A DNA stretch of 64,000 bases from NCBI RefSeq assembly GCF_009914755.1, contig NC_060934.1; one strand, given 5' to 3'. The notes beneath the pieces are model-generated. The model saw only the letters and a program-made list of their open reading frames with translations, did not search any database and was not told the DNA's origin. This document shows, piece by piece, positions 1-12,920 of the stretch. The translations under genes were made by a program, and so were the position numbers. Source of the DNA: the human T2T-CHM13v2.0 reference genome, Homo sapiens. Every line of letters starts with the position of its first letter. Positions within the stretch are counted from its first letter, which is position 1.

Positions 1-1044
1 ACTAGAACATAAATTCAATCCTAAATTGTGTGTAGAGTATTATTTCATAAACTATATGCAAGTAATATTTTAGAATTCTAACATATAATGAATGATCAAA
101 ATACATTCATATCAATAATGAACTATGGGATTTTAAACTTACTGCATACATACTATGATTTTAGCAATGAGTATTTTAGCAATGAGTGCTATGGAAAATA
201 AGAGTGGCTTTGAAAGTTAAACTGTTAGATCAAACCAATTTCCCAAATCTGAAACGAAATCCAAATAATAGAGATAAGAGGGAAACCAGCCCTAGATTTG
301 GTTTTATGTATTGATTAATTCACCCAAGGGAAGCAAAACAGGCTATGACACAGACATCCAGATTCATTTCCATGGGAAAGAGACGAGAGAAATGCGGTTC
401 TCCTTAATTTAATGACTGAACACCCTCCTCCCAATATTTCCATAGGTAAAATGCTTTGTACAATTATGATCAGCAAAAGCACCCCGTTTTAAGAAACCTG
501 CAAATAATGCATATTGGATGCCTAGAATCTTCTATACAGCAAGTGATGGCTCAAAGAAAATTTGAATCCGAATCTAAAGCATGTTACAGGGACAGTCAGA
601 ATTCAGGGGCTATAGTGATGTATAAATGTAAACAAGCTATGACCCAAAAGAGAATGCAGGCTTGATGCATGTCTGTTTGTTGTCTTATTTTAATTTTTAT
701 TTTTAAATGAGTATTTATCCAAATTATTCCAAAGTTAAATTCAGACTTTGTAATACTAAGCTACTGGAGAATATCTTTCCTATAACAAAGTTATACATTG
801 CCTTACTTCTGGATCATTGATTTGGGGCTAGAGAAGAGAGACTATGATAATCGGAGGCATGCATAGATTATCCGACTAGATGAATGTTGAAAAGCCATTT
901 CAGAAAAGGTCCCTGCAGGAAAAGTCATTGCAGGAAGAGGTATCCATTTCCACTTTCAAACAAACTCTGGAATGGAAAGAAAGGTCCGTGTAGACAACTT
1001 TGGTTTCTAATTCTCCCACTTTTCTGCATTTGTATTAAACAGGG

Positions 1045-1150
1045 CAAAGAGACATGAGTTCTATTTCCAGCTCTACTACAAATTAGCTGTAGTGTCTTAG
1101 GCAAGTAACTTAATTTCTCAGAGCCTCGGGGCCTTCAAATTAAAAATGAA
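1045..1150 (+). mobile_element. MIR SINE fragment
   Basis: Degenerate MIR core: gagttctatttccagctctact...ttagctgtagtgtcttaggcaagtaacttaatttctcagagcctc. Confidence 0.7.
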
Positions 1151-1212
1151 GAAATATTCTCTAAAGTGTCTAAAATTCTAGAGAAATATTCTCTAAAGTG
1201 TCTAAAATTCTA
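1151..1212. repeat. Perfect 30-bp direct repeat, 32-bp period
   Basis: gaaatattctctaaagtgtctaaaattcta occurs twice, separated by 'ga'. Confidence 0.95.
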
Positions 1213-4029
1213 ATTAATGTTTTTGAATTTACTTATTCCATGCAAAAGTAATTTCAATGACTTTTTTATAATAATAGCATCTATTGCCATTTCAATATAA
1301 TATTACTTTATTTCATATTTATTTAATCATTTTAAGGTAAAAGTACCCATCGTAAACACAGATTCTTGTTAATAAGTTCTACACGCTGATTTCCTCCATT
1401 TTCCTCTTATCTACCAGTTCATACATGATTGTTTTCACAGTCACCAGCAACATTAATTTTTGTTGTTGTGGAAATAAATTTTTGTCAACTAGCAAAGTTA
1501 GAAAATTTTAAAGGCTTAATACTTGAATACTTCATTTAACCTCTTCATGCCTGTGTACTAAATCATTTGGCCTAAGTGTTTCATACAACTAAGCTTTGAT
1601 TAGAGCAGTTGAGTTGTTTCTCAAATAGAGGAATCAGAAGCTTGGGGATTTTAACATCAAAGAGCATGAACGAATGCTGGTCCTTTCACATATCCGGGAG
1701 TGATAATTGGCAGTTTTCCTTTTATTCATATGAACAAAACCAATTTGAGAATGATAGAGTTGAAAGACCACTGGGCTAGGAGGATAGAGGAGTTTCAGTC
1801 CTGACTTTGCTATCAATACCTCCTTAAAAGTTTATACTCGATTATCTTTAATGCCTACCGTAAATCTGAAGTGTTATGAGTATCATATATACATTGATAA
1901 AAATGTGCTATAACACAAAGTCCTAATTCTGTTTTTGAAAAGGAATAGTACTTTCTAAAAACTGACTTGAGAAGGGTCTCTTAGCTGAAGACCAACTATT
2001 TTTTTCTTATAGTTTAGTCTCTTTCTTGTTCTAAATTAGTTTTTTGTTCTTTTCAGTTGACAGTATCCTGAGATTTGAATGCCATTTTTAACTGAAAATA
2101 TTGAGCTTCTGTATTTGAGCACTAAATACTTTCAAGATAAAAACAAAAGAAATTATAAAGCACAGTAGTTTGAGATAAAAAGAAGTAGAAACACACCTTT
2201 AGAAGGACAATAATTTTAAAAATCAAATTCACTTTTAGAATAAGATGAATATTATGTATCATGAGGGCCATAGTTGATATTTAGCTATTGTGATACTGAG
2301 CTATGAATTTTAGAAACAATTTGGCAAACATGATCTAGCAAAAGGAACACATTTCTCATTGGCTTATTGAAAATGGTCAAAAGAAAGTGAAATATCAAAC
2401 TAATACAACTGCAATCTCTATGAAGGAGAGAAATACTAAGAAACTAATGTGCTATTCGCATAGTAGTTAATCAAAGTTATACCCTTGTTTTAAAAATATC
2501 TCTCAATGTGAAAGTTAAACTGTATGTCTGATTTTTAAGTCAATAAAAGAAAATTGCGGTAGGACTAACGTGAAAACTCATTTTCCATCCTTACCAAAAA
2601 GTTTGTGTTTTAGTTTTATTTGTAGCAGTTATCAGGGTCCATTTTCATCAGAAACTTTCTCTTTCAGCTTGTGTGCTCCCTCTCTCATGTTTCTTTCTAC
2701 GACTCAGAAGAAAAAAAAAAAAAAAAAAAAAGGACCAGGCCAGGCCAGGCCAAAAATAATGGGGTAGTTTCCTTTTAAGCTTTGGCAAAAATGCATAAAA
2801 TGCAACCAGGAAGCCATAAAATGTGGTGCACCTTGTATTTGCTTTGATAGACTATAAATATAAAAACAAGAATGTTGAAAGAAAAAAAAAAAAGGAGGGA
2901 CATGGGCAAAGTGCGTGCTGGAAACCAAGCAGACTGGTGCCACAGTAATGGGACCCCTGGAGAATGACCTGTACGGGCACTCTTTGTGGCAAGCTTGTGA
3001 ATCATACTTGTAACTTGTCTCACTTCACTGAAACCCTCAAGGAGTGTTTGCCAAGGAAGAGAGAGGGAAAAAGACTCGATAGGGCTGGGTGGCAGTCACG
3101 CACATCTTACCTCTCACCTGGCAGTGACCTTAGTATGTTTTCATGTTTATCTAAAAAAGATAAAAGGTATGATTGCTCAGGAATGAAAACATGGGTAACA
3201 TTCAAACAGAGGAAAGCAGAAACAGCAGTTTAAGACTATGAGGGAAATGTAAACCAGCCCTGGGAAACATTTGACATTGCCTCTCTCTCGGTAGAGGTCA
3301 TGGTTGTATTCTATTGAAACAAATAGGAACGACCCAGCAGACGGTTTTGATCATGGGGACCAGAGCTTTCCTAGGTGTGTGTCTCACTGTCAGAATTTAT
3401 AAGATCCTAAAACTAACAACACGGTTCTACCCGGGACAAATGGCTTCAAATTTTCTGAACTGAAAAGAGTTATTAGATTCAGGGATTTAGGCAGCAAACT
3501 AGTGAAAACACAAAGATTTGATTAGGTTAAATGCATGTAATGTGGTGTTATGCTGCAAAAGGGATTATGTAAGGCTCCAGAAAATTGTAATGAGGGGAAC
3601 ACACGGAGCCTTTTTAGGACAAAGTTTAAAAGGTAGGAAGCTAAGGAAATACAGCCTTTGCCTAAGGGACACTAAAGACCAAACTGACTCTGAACCCAGA
3701 TATTGTGTTTGTCACTTGAGGGCTGAAGTTATATACACTTAGTACCCAATCAAAGTTCATTCTGACCTTAACAATTTCCTTAAGAAATACGGTATTTAAA
3801 ATTATCAAGTTGAAGTTGCTAAGAAAGAGCCTATGGGAATACCTCCATATCATGGGGATACTCTCTGTGGTTTATGCAAAGTGTCTTCCATCACAGGTTT
3901 TCCACTGATGAACAAAATAAAGAAGTAGTTACATAAAAAGATCAATTTTTCATTTGACACAAAGTAAATCATTACTTTCTTCTGGGATGCAGTACCTTTT
4001 CCCACTGTCGGTTCCATTTCCCATCATGC

Positions 4030-4385
4030 CCTTGACCTTGGAGGTCACCTGTCATTGGAAGATGAAGCTCTGAATAAACAGAGAGGACCCTGTGGTGTCT
4101 CTTATCTCTGCATTTTGCCTCAAATCTCCGGGCGGAGCTTTAAATTATTCATCCACTAGTGCTCTCTCCGAGTTACACATCTCCATCATCCACTCCCCCT
4201 TCCACCTCCCCGTTTGTGAGTGAAGGCGGTATCCTTGGGAACCTTATCAGAGATCACAGATTCAGGCTCCAGAAATGAAATAAAAGAGGAAATTGGCTGT
4301 ATTAGCATAAGAGGAGTCAGCCTGGAGTTGAATACACACATCACCCGGGAGCACACTGGCTTCCCTTATCAGTCGCGTTTGATCA
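4030..4385. promoter_or_regulatory. Candidate enhancer/promoter (NR5A/ESRR site, 3 GATA sites, GC box)
   Basis: TGACCTTGG followed by AGGTCA (~4033-4047); CTTATCT/CTTATCA at ~4102, ~4243, ~4365; GGGCGG at ~4130 followed by TTTAAA; several retained CpGs in repeat-free AT-rich context. Confidence 0.4.
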
Positions 4386-6339
4386 CTACTTTCTTTTTTT
4401 TTATATACATTCTTTAATTCCATCCAGCCCACTCCTTTGTTCCAACTCATATGAGGGAACATATGAAATAAGGGCAGATGGTATAAAGTCCTGAATAGTT
4501 TTCAACACTTCCAACCTTTCCTAGGCCCTAAGAAAAACAGCATAAATAAAATGCTTATTTTAAGATAGCTTTTATGGCATAACCCCTCTCTCCTACCCCC
4601 AGGAAAAGAGTTGTTATTGCTATTTCAAGGGGGAAAAACTGGAAATAGTTAAAGTTTGATTGGATGGATGTTGCAGCAAAAGCTACAGTATCATTCAGGA
4701 ACATAATCTAAGATATAGGTTAAATGCAGTAGGGTATTTTCATTTTTAGGTTGGAAGCACAGGTAGCAAACTGTGATTTTTTTTTCTAAAAGCACATTTT
4801 TAAAATATTTTATCTTTTAAAATTATTCTTGCACATGAGGCTTTTAAATATATTCTGATTGAGAATGTTGCCACAGTCAGATCATTTTATCTATAAAAGT
4901 AGTATCTGGAAACTGGAATTTTTAGAGATGCATTTCATTAAAGTGCTCTGTACACAGGAAAATACATTATAACAATTAAAAACACAATGTTCTTGTGTAA
5001 GCTAATTTTTCTAAATTTTCTTTTTAACTCAAGAAGCAACAATTGTTGTTCAACATGCTTCTCTTTTATGCTTAATATTTCCTCCCAAAATTCCTCTACT
5101 TTTCTCCAAAAGAATAATTATGGGTAACCAAAATATAGAGCATTGGTAGCTTAGTCATGTTTAGTGCAACTTTTAAATTTTCAGTCTTACTAGTATTTTA
5201 CATTGTTTATTTCTAAAAAAAAAAAAGAGATGACAGATGGAATGTTCTAGAGCTGATATTGCATGATTATTATTTATGACTTTTCCAGATTTTGCTGTTT
5301 TATCTTCTTTAAGCAGAACAATAATTGGCATTGCTGTGATTAAGTCTGGGCTAGGTGCTGACATTGCTTTATCACTCAACAGTTTCCAATTCATTTGGAA
5401 ATATTTATTTCAATTAAAGCCCACAACAACTCTTTAGAGTAAACATAATTACTCCTCTCCATACCCACCTTCCACTAAAAAGAAAAAAAAAAAAAACTCT
5501 AAGTTTTAGATTGTTTAGGTAACTTAGAGAAAGTTATGCAGTAAATGATAAAGACAGGACCCCAGCTCCATTCTTCCACTAAGGTCTGTGGCAGAAATTC
5601 ATTCTATTCCTTCACAGTAAGGAATCAGAAGAGGGGTCACCTTTGTTCCCAAATTCTGTGCAGAAACAAGTGAGCAACCTGATGATAAACCATGAAGCTC
5701 ATGGCAGAACTGGGCAGAATTCAGGATGATGACCCAATTTCTGGTCATGTAATGCCCTTCTTTCTCAGAAAGATTCGTAAGAGATATAGAAAAAACGGCA
5801 GAAGATTTAAGTTCTGAAACAGAAGAAAACATGCTGGCTGCAATGAACGGATGATAATTTTATCTGTATACAGTATTTTGATTATTGAAGTAAAGAAAGA
5901 GACAAGTTGTTGTTGCAGTATAAAAAGTTCACTAATCTACACTCTCAAAGTACAGTAGAAATGTATTTTCAAAGTCAATGGTGAGAGAGTAAGATAGATA
6001 ATTAAGATTCTACAGATTATTTTCTCATAATCTACAAATATTTACTCAATGCTTCTTATGTACAGGCTCACTAAGAGATCCAGCATAAACAAATGCATTC
6101 AATGGGAACAATTTTCAAGGAAGTAATTTTACCTATATATGAATATGGTTAAAAATTAAATAGTTCAAAAGGTCTTAAATGAAAAGGTAAAAACCACTGT
6201 CCTACCAGACAGAGGAAAACATCCTCTGGATGTTTTCACACATTTTATTTTTGTTTTTATACTTTGAAGTTCTATTTTTCACAACCACCATATCCTCTGA
6301 AATAGAAATAAGTTGGCTTATTTGCAATGTTTGAACTAT

Positions 6340-6482
6340 AATACCTAACCCTTACTAAACAATTACTCTGTGCCAGGCCTTGCCCCATTTTTGTATGTAT
6401 CGGTGCATTTAATTCTAAGGGTCATCATATAAGATGGGTACTATTATTCTGCCTGTTTTACAGATGAGAAACTGAGTTTCTC
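6340..6482 (-). mobile_element. MIR SINE fragment
   Basis: tactctgtgccaggc...gggtactattattctgcctgttttacagatgagaaactgag, the antisense MIR core. Confidence 0.75.
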
Positions 6483-7259
6483 AATGCAATATATATCTAT
6501 ATCTATATATGTATATATAGATATATATATATGTGTGTGTGTGTGTGTTAATGACATGTATGCAGGAAAACCTTAGTGTTTCAGAATGAGAAATGATAAG
6601 AAAAATTAATTTGTTGGGTATACATCTCTAAATGTTTAAAGTTCTATGTAAACTATTAATCATGATTTTAGGTAAAGGTGGACATTTTCTATTGAAGTAA
6701 AAGGATCACAAATATTTATTTACATTACCATTTTGATGCTCATTATTAGAATTAACTTTTTGGCTTATGTAATATGGGAGTATAGACCTTTATTTCTCTA
6801 CACATTTATTTCTCATCTTACTATGTAATACATTACAATGTATCACTCCACACCATTGACCTTCTCAGTGGTCTACCAGTTGGTTCTCAGTACAATGTCT
6901 TGATATGGAGCTATTTAGTCCATAGGACATGGTAGTCAGTGGCCCTTTGCAATTCAATTTTTCAAGTGTCATTTATACTGAATAGTATATATTATTTCCT
7001 TGATAGATGTTTTCCATCCATTTTCTCTGTTTTCTTCTTCGAATTCCTAGTAACCTAATGCTGGATTTCCTGGTGATAGACAAAAAGAACATTTATGTCT
7101 CTTACGTTTCACCTTGTAGTTTCAAACTGTGCTCCATATCCTAACTTGCTTGCGTTTATCTTCCAAGTCTGTAGTGAAGCTTTTATTTGGCAGTTTACTT
7201 TTAATTTCTATGAACTCCCTTTTCACAGCTTTTGTTCTCTCTGTTCTCTTTCTGTTGGT

Positions 7260-7264
<5 letters not shown>

Positions 7265-7303
<39 letters not shown>
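7265..7303. repeat. (TG)n microsatellite
   Basis: About 19 uninterrupted TG units. Confidence 0.97.
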
Positions 7304-7306
<3 letters not shown>

Positions 7307-7545
7307 AATCATATTACTAGAAATGCTACTGAAGTTTTTTTTTCCAGTTATCTTCTATACTTATTTTATTCCTTTATTTCTTCATGATCAATCTAATGGA
7401 ATTCACAGAATAAGTCAAGATGTACAAGTGTGTCTTATCTGCCATCTTGAAGAATAAATCTCTTAAGAACTCACATATTGAAATGTTACTCATGAGCCAA
7501 GAAAATTGATTAGTTAATCCTAGCTAATAGGCTATCAACAGGTGA

Positions 7546-7896
<351 letters not shown>

Positions 7897-10496
7897 TCAG
7901 TCAATGTTTTTAATGCCTTTTTTGAGTTATTGTTTAAATTTCTTAAATATATTTTCATTGTCACCATTATTATACATTGCATTGTCAAATGCAAATGAAA
8001 AGAATAATGTCTGAAAACTGTAACATTAAAGATCAAAATGATGTAAGTGTTATTGTCTATAGTAATCACATTAAAGCAAGCAAGGAATTGAACATAAATA
8101 CCTTATAGAATACCACCTTCCCATTGCTGAGGCAATCAAATCTGTGGGTATGATACTTGTGCACAAATTGGTTAAAATGTACAAATAAGCGGTAGAATTA
8201 TGAAACTTTTATTTTATTGAAACACTATTCCATAAGCCTATTTATTCTATTTCATTCCCTGATATTTTGCTAAATAATTACATGTCTATTATTTTTGTAA
8301 AAAAATCATTATAAATCATTTTTTAAACAAACAACTGTGGTTTCTCTAGCAAACCAATCGAAGCTTTACCTATTGGACCATAACCAATAATCTAGCTTCA
8401 TAGAGGGAGCACCCAAGACTGGGGGCAGTCGGGCTGCTATGGTGTCATAAAGGTATGACACGGAAATCCTCTCCTCATGAAGCATTCCATTTGATTGAAG
8501 CGACAACACTTCTCAACAGGAAACAGCTGAAAATAAATAAATAAATAACTATAAACTAGGCAGTTGTGTGCTAAATCGTGTGGGACATAATGTGAGCGCT
8601 GTTGGCATTTAGAAAACGAAAACCAATGAGTGTTGGCAAAGTCAGAGAAAGACAAGCCTGAAGAGCAGATCTCTAGGATCCCTGAATAGAGCAGAGCAGC
8701 TGGTCATTCTAGGTGATACGTTGCCCTAATTCTCCTGCGGAATTTCAAACTGTCCACTTCCCTCAGGCCATCGGGCTCAGTGGTGTGAGAGCAGCTCTGC
8801 TCTCTTTTCATACCTCTTTCCACATGACTTAGCAGCTACACAATCCTAGCCAAATCTTGCAATGGTGTGCATGCATGTGTCTCTGGGCGTGTTTATGGAA
8901 GCACACACACACTGACACATAAGTGTTTTCTCTCCCTTGCTTCGCCTGCATGAATCAAAGGTGGCATCATAAAGACCCTGAAATTTGCATGATTTGTGAG
9001 AGGCTCCCATGCGTTGGCAAGGCCAGTGGCAGCTTAAACAAAAAGAGCAGCTGTCCTAATTCCCAGCTCTCTGGCTCTGGTCTCCCAGCAGCCCTTCTTC
9101 CTGTTTCCCCAGTGCCAACCAGGTCAATTGCACTGTTTCCCTTTAAAGCAACAGCATCCAAACACTTCTAGTGTAAATACTTCCATTTCACACATCACCC
9201 TCCATGATATAATCCTCCTAATAGGCATTCCTTCTAAAGTTTGAATTTAGAATCTTTACAATAAATCTGTACCAATTACAAAGTTATTAAAGATATACTA
9301 TGTAGAGAATAAAATCCTCCCAAGACACCAAATAGTATGCCTCCCCAGTCTCTTTTCTTGGAGGGTTCCTAGGATGTAATGCACCAAATGTGTTGAAAAT
9401 CAGCTCTCATATTGGAACGAAAGAATAGAAAGACTCATAGTTTCAATCATGATGGGATAACAGATTGAATTTATCCTTCAGCCTAAAACAATAAACAATG
9501 GGAAATCAGAAACAGATAAAATATATTAAAAACTTTTTTTAGACATTGGATATTTGGCAGCACAAAGCAGTGATTTTTGAGAGGGGGAAACAAATAAGTC
9601 AAGCGCTAAGATGATCCACCATTTATTGTCTGGTGAGATTTTCCAGACCAGAGTCAGAGAGGAGGAGTCTAAGTGAGCCTAAAGTTCTCCCTGAGTTGAG
9701 GAGATGGAATTAGGAATGTACAGAGGCCAAGGCAACCAGAGTGTGCAGGGCTGAGTGGTGAAGAGAAGAGGGGCCACACAGCAAGAGCACTCCAGACATC
9801 TGGAGGATCTCTTGTAAGCCTTCGCCTGAGTACTGAGAAGGGCATGCAAGGGCTTTAACTTAATCACATTAAAGTGATTTATAGCCATGGGTAGCAGGGA
9901 GGGGTCTACCCAAGACTAGGAAGAAAAAAAAAAAAAAAAAGAAAAAGAAAAGAAAACACACCAAAAACAACACATATAATTTTTTTCCCATCATCTAGAA
10001 TGACAAATTTTGTAATTCAAAGGACATTAGTTAGAGTACTTAGTAGCATCTTGCCTCAGTAGAGAGGAAAATTTACCTCTAGAATAAAGCTTCTCTGATA
10101 ACCTAAAAAAGGTTAAAGGCAAGTCTCAAAAGTTTCAAACTGTTTCCAACTGACTTATCCATTTCCAGAATAAAGCTCAATAATTTAAAAAATACAAATA
10201 TATCTAGCATTGAATAAAGTAAAATTCACAACTTCTGGCATTCAATAAAAAATACTAGGTATTAAAAAAACAAAAATTATTGCTTAAAATGATAAGAAAA
10301 ATCAGTCAATTAAAAGAGAACTAGACATGACGCAGATGATAGTAAACAAGGACATGAAAACAGTTACTGTAACTGTACTCCATATGTTTAAGAAGGCAGA
10401 GGAAAGACTGAGCATGTTTCAGTAGAGATGCAGAAGATAAAGTCCAAATCAAACCTGTAGAGATTAAATTCACAAATTATGAAACATATCCAGTGG

Positions 10497-11436
<940 letters not shown>

Positions 11437-12774
11437 TGGATGGGATTAACAGCCGATTAGATGCCACAGAAGAAAATATTTGTGAACCTGAAGACATGGC
11501 AATAGAAACTACTCAAAACACAGAGAAAATATACTAAAATACACAACCTCAGAAAATTGTGTGACAACTTCAAGTGATTGAATGCACATGTATTCAGAGT
11601 CTCTGAAACAGAGGAGAGATAATGTGAACATAAAAATACATTTGAAAAACTAATGACCAAATATTCTAAAAGGTTAATGAAGAGTATAAACTCAAAGATA
11701 CAAGAAGCTCAATGAACCTCAAAGACAGGAAGCATAAGAAAATTAGATTGAAGGGCATCATGAAAAATTACAATCAGTGATGAAAAGAAAAGTTTTTTGA
11801 TGAAAACAAGTAAGAGATGGAATTATATATTTCAGTATTTTAAGAAAAAAATGTAAAGCTAGAATTATATGTCCATTGAAATGCTTTTCAAACACAAAGT
11901 TTGAATATTTTTTCAGACATATAAGAATTGAAAAATCTATTACTAGATGACCCACACTACAAACCTCAATCTGCACAAAGGAATTACGTTCACTGAAAAT
12001 GCTAAATATGTAAATAAGTTTAATACTTTTCCCTATTTTTAATCCATTTAATATATAATTGAGTGCTTAAAACAAAAATAGATACATGTGAGATACATGA
12101 CATATGTAGGAATCAAATGAATTACAATTTCATAAGCACTAGGAAGGAACAAATATAGTTTACCCTTATAAGGTTACTATATATAAAAGGTGGTATAATA
12201 TTCTTAAAGTCAAATTGGCAATAAACTAAGGCTGTATACTGTAATGACTAAAAAATGCTACAAAAGGCTATAGCTGATAAGCCAATAAAGGAGATAAAAT
12301 GAAATCATAATCGATTAATCCAAAAAAAAGAAAAGAATAGAGGGAAAAAAGAATAAATGAGGCAAGTAGAAAACAAATAGCAAGATTAGAGCCAACGTGA
12401 TTAATAAACATTAAATATATTTAGTTCATTTATAATATTATATTTATTTACTAATATCATTTATAATGATATTTATTTATGTATTTACTAAGCGTATTAT
12501 AATAGCATGAAAGAGATGCTCTAATTTCCAAATAATTTTAAATAATTTGAATTTACCATGTTAGCCATAATAGATCATTCATCAATTAAATCATTCTCAT
12601 CATATTAATGGAAGGTGTAATCATTTCCACTCTTCAGAGTTATATGATGAAGAGTTAATGATTTTACAAATATGCAAGATGAAATGATGAAAGGAAGATA
12701 GAGACAACCTTTCAATTTTATAACAAATTGAATGAAATCAATCATTCATATTAAATTAAATACATATATATTTA

Positions 12775-12920
12775 AGCACACTTACATGTCCAACTGCCGA
12801 CCTGACATCTCAACTTATATATCTCACCATTGCCTGAAACTTCATATCTCTAAAATGGAATCAAAATCCTCTCTCAACATTTACTTATCTTCCTTGTTTC
12901 TTTGTATTTCAAATTATTCC
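12775..12920. mobile_element. L2 fragment
   Basis: atgtccaactgccgacctgacatctcaactt...aaacttcatatctctaaaatggaa matches the common L2 3' region. Confidence 0.6.

Noticed and set aside
842-882. Possible hairpin/pre-miRNA (gataatc...gattatc, tcgga...tccga)
   Set aside because: Stems are short and mutually exclusive; insufficient for a pre-miRNA.
1634-1823. Minus-strand ORF / possible terminal exon (GIDSKVRTETPLSS-stop)
   Set aside because: Weak acceptor, no recognisable protein, no independent support.
2711-2893. Isolated poly(A) runs as processed-pseudogene tails
   Set aside because: No upstream retrocopy body or TSD is recognisable; simple mononucleotide tracts.
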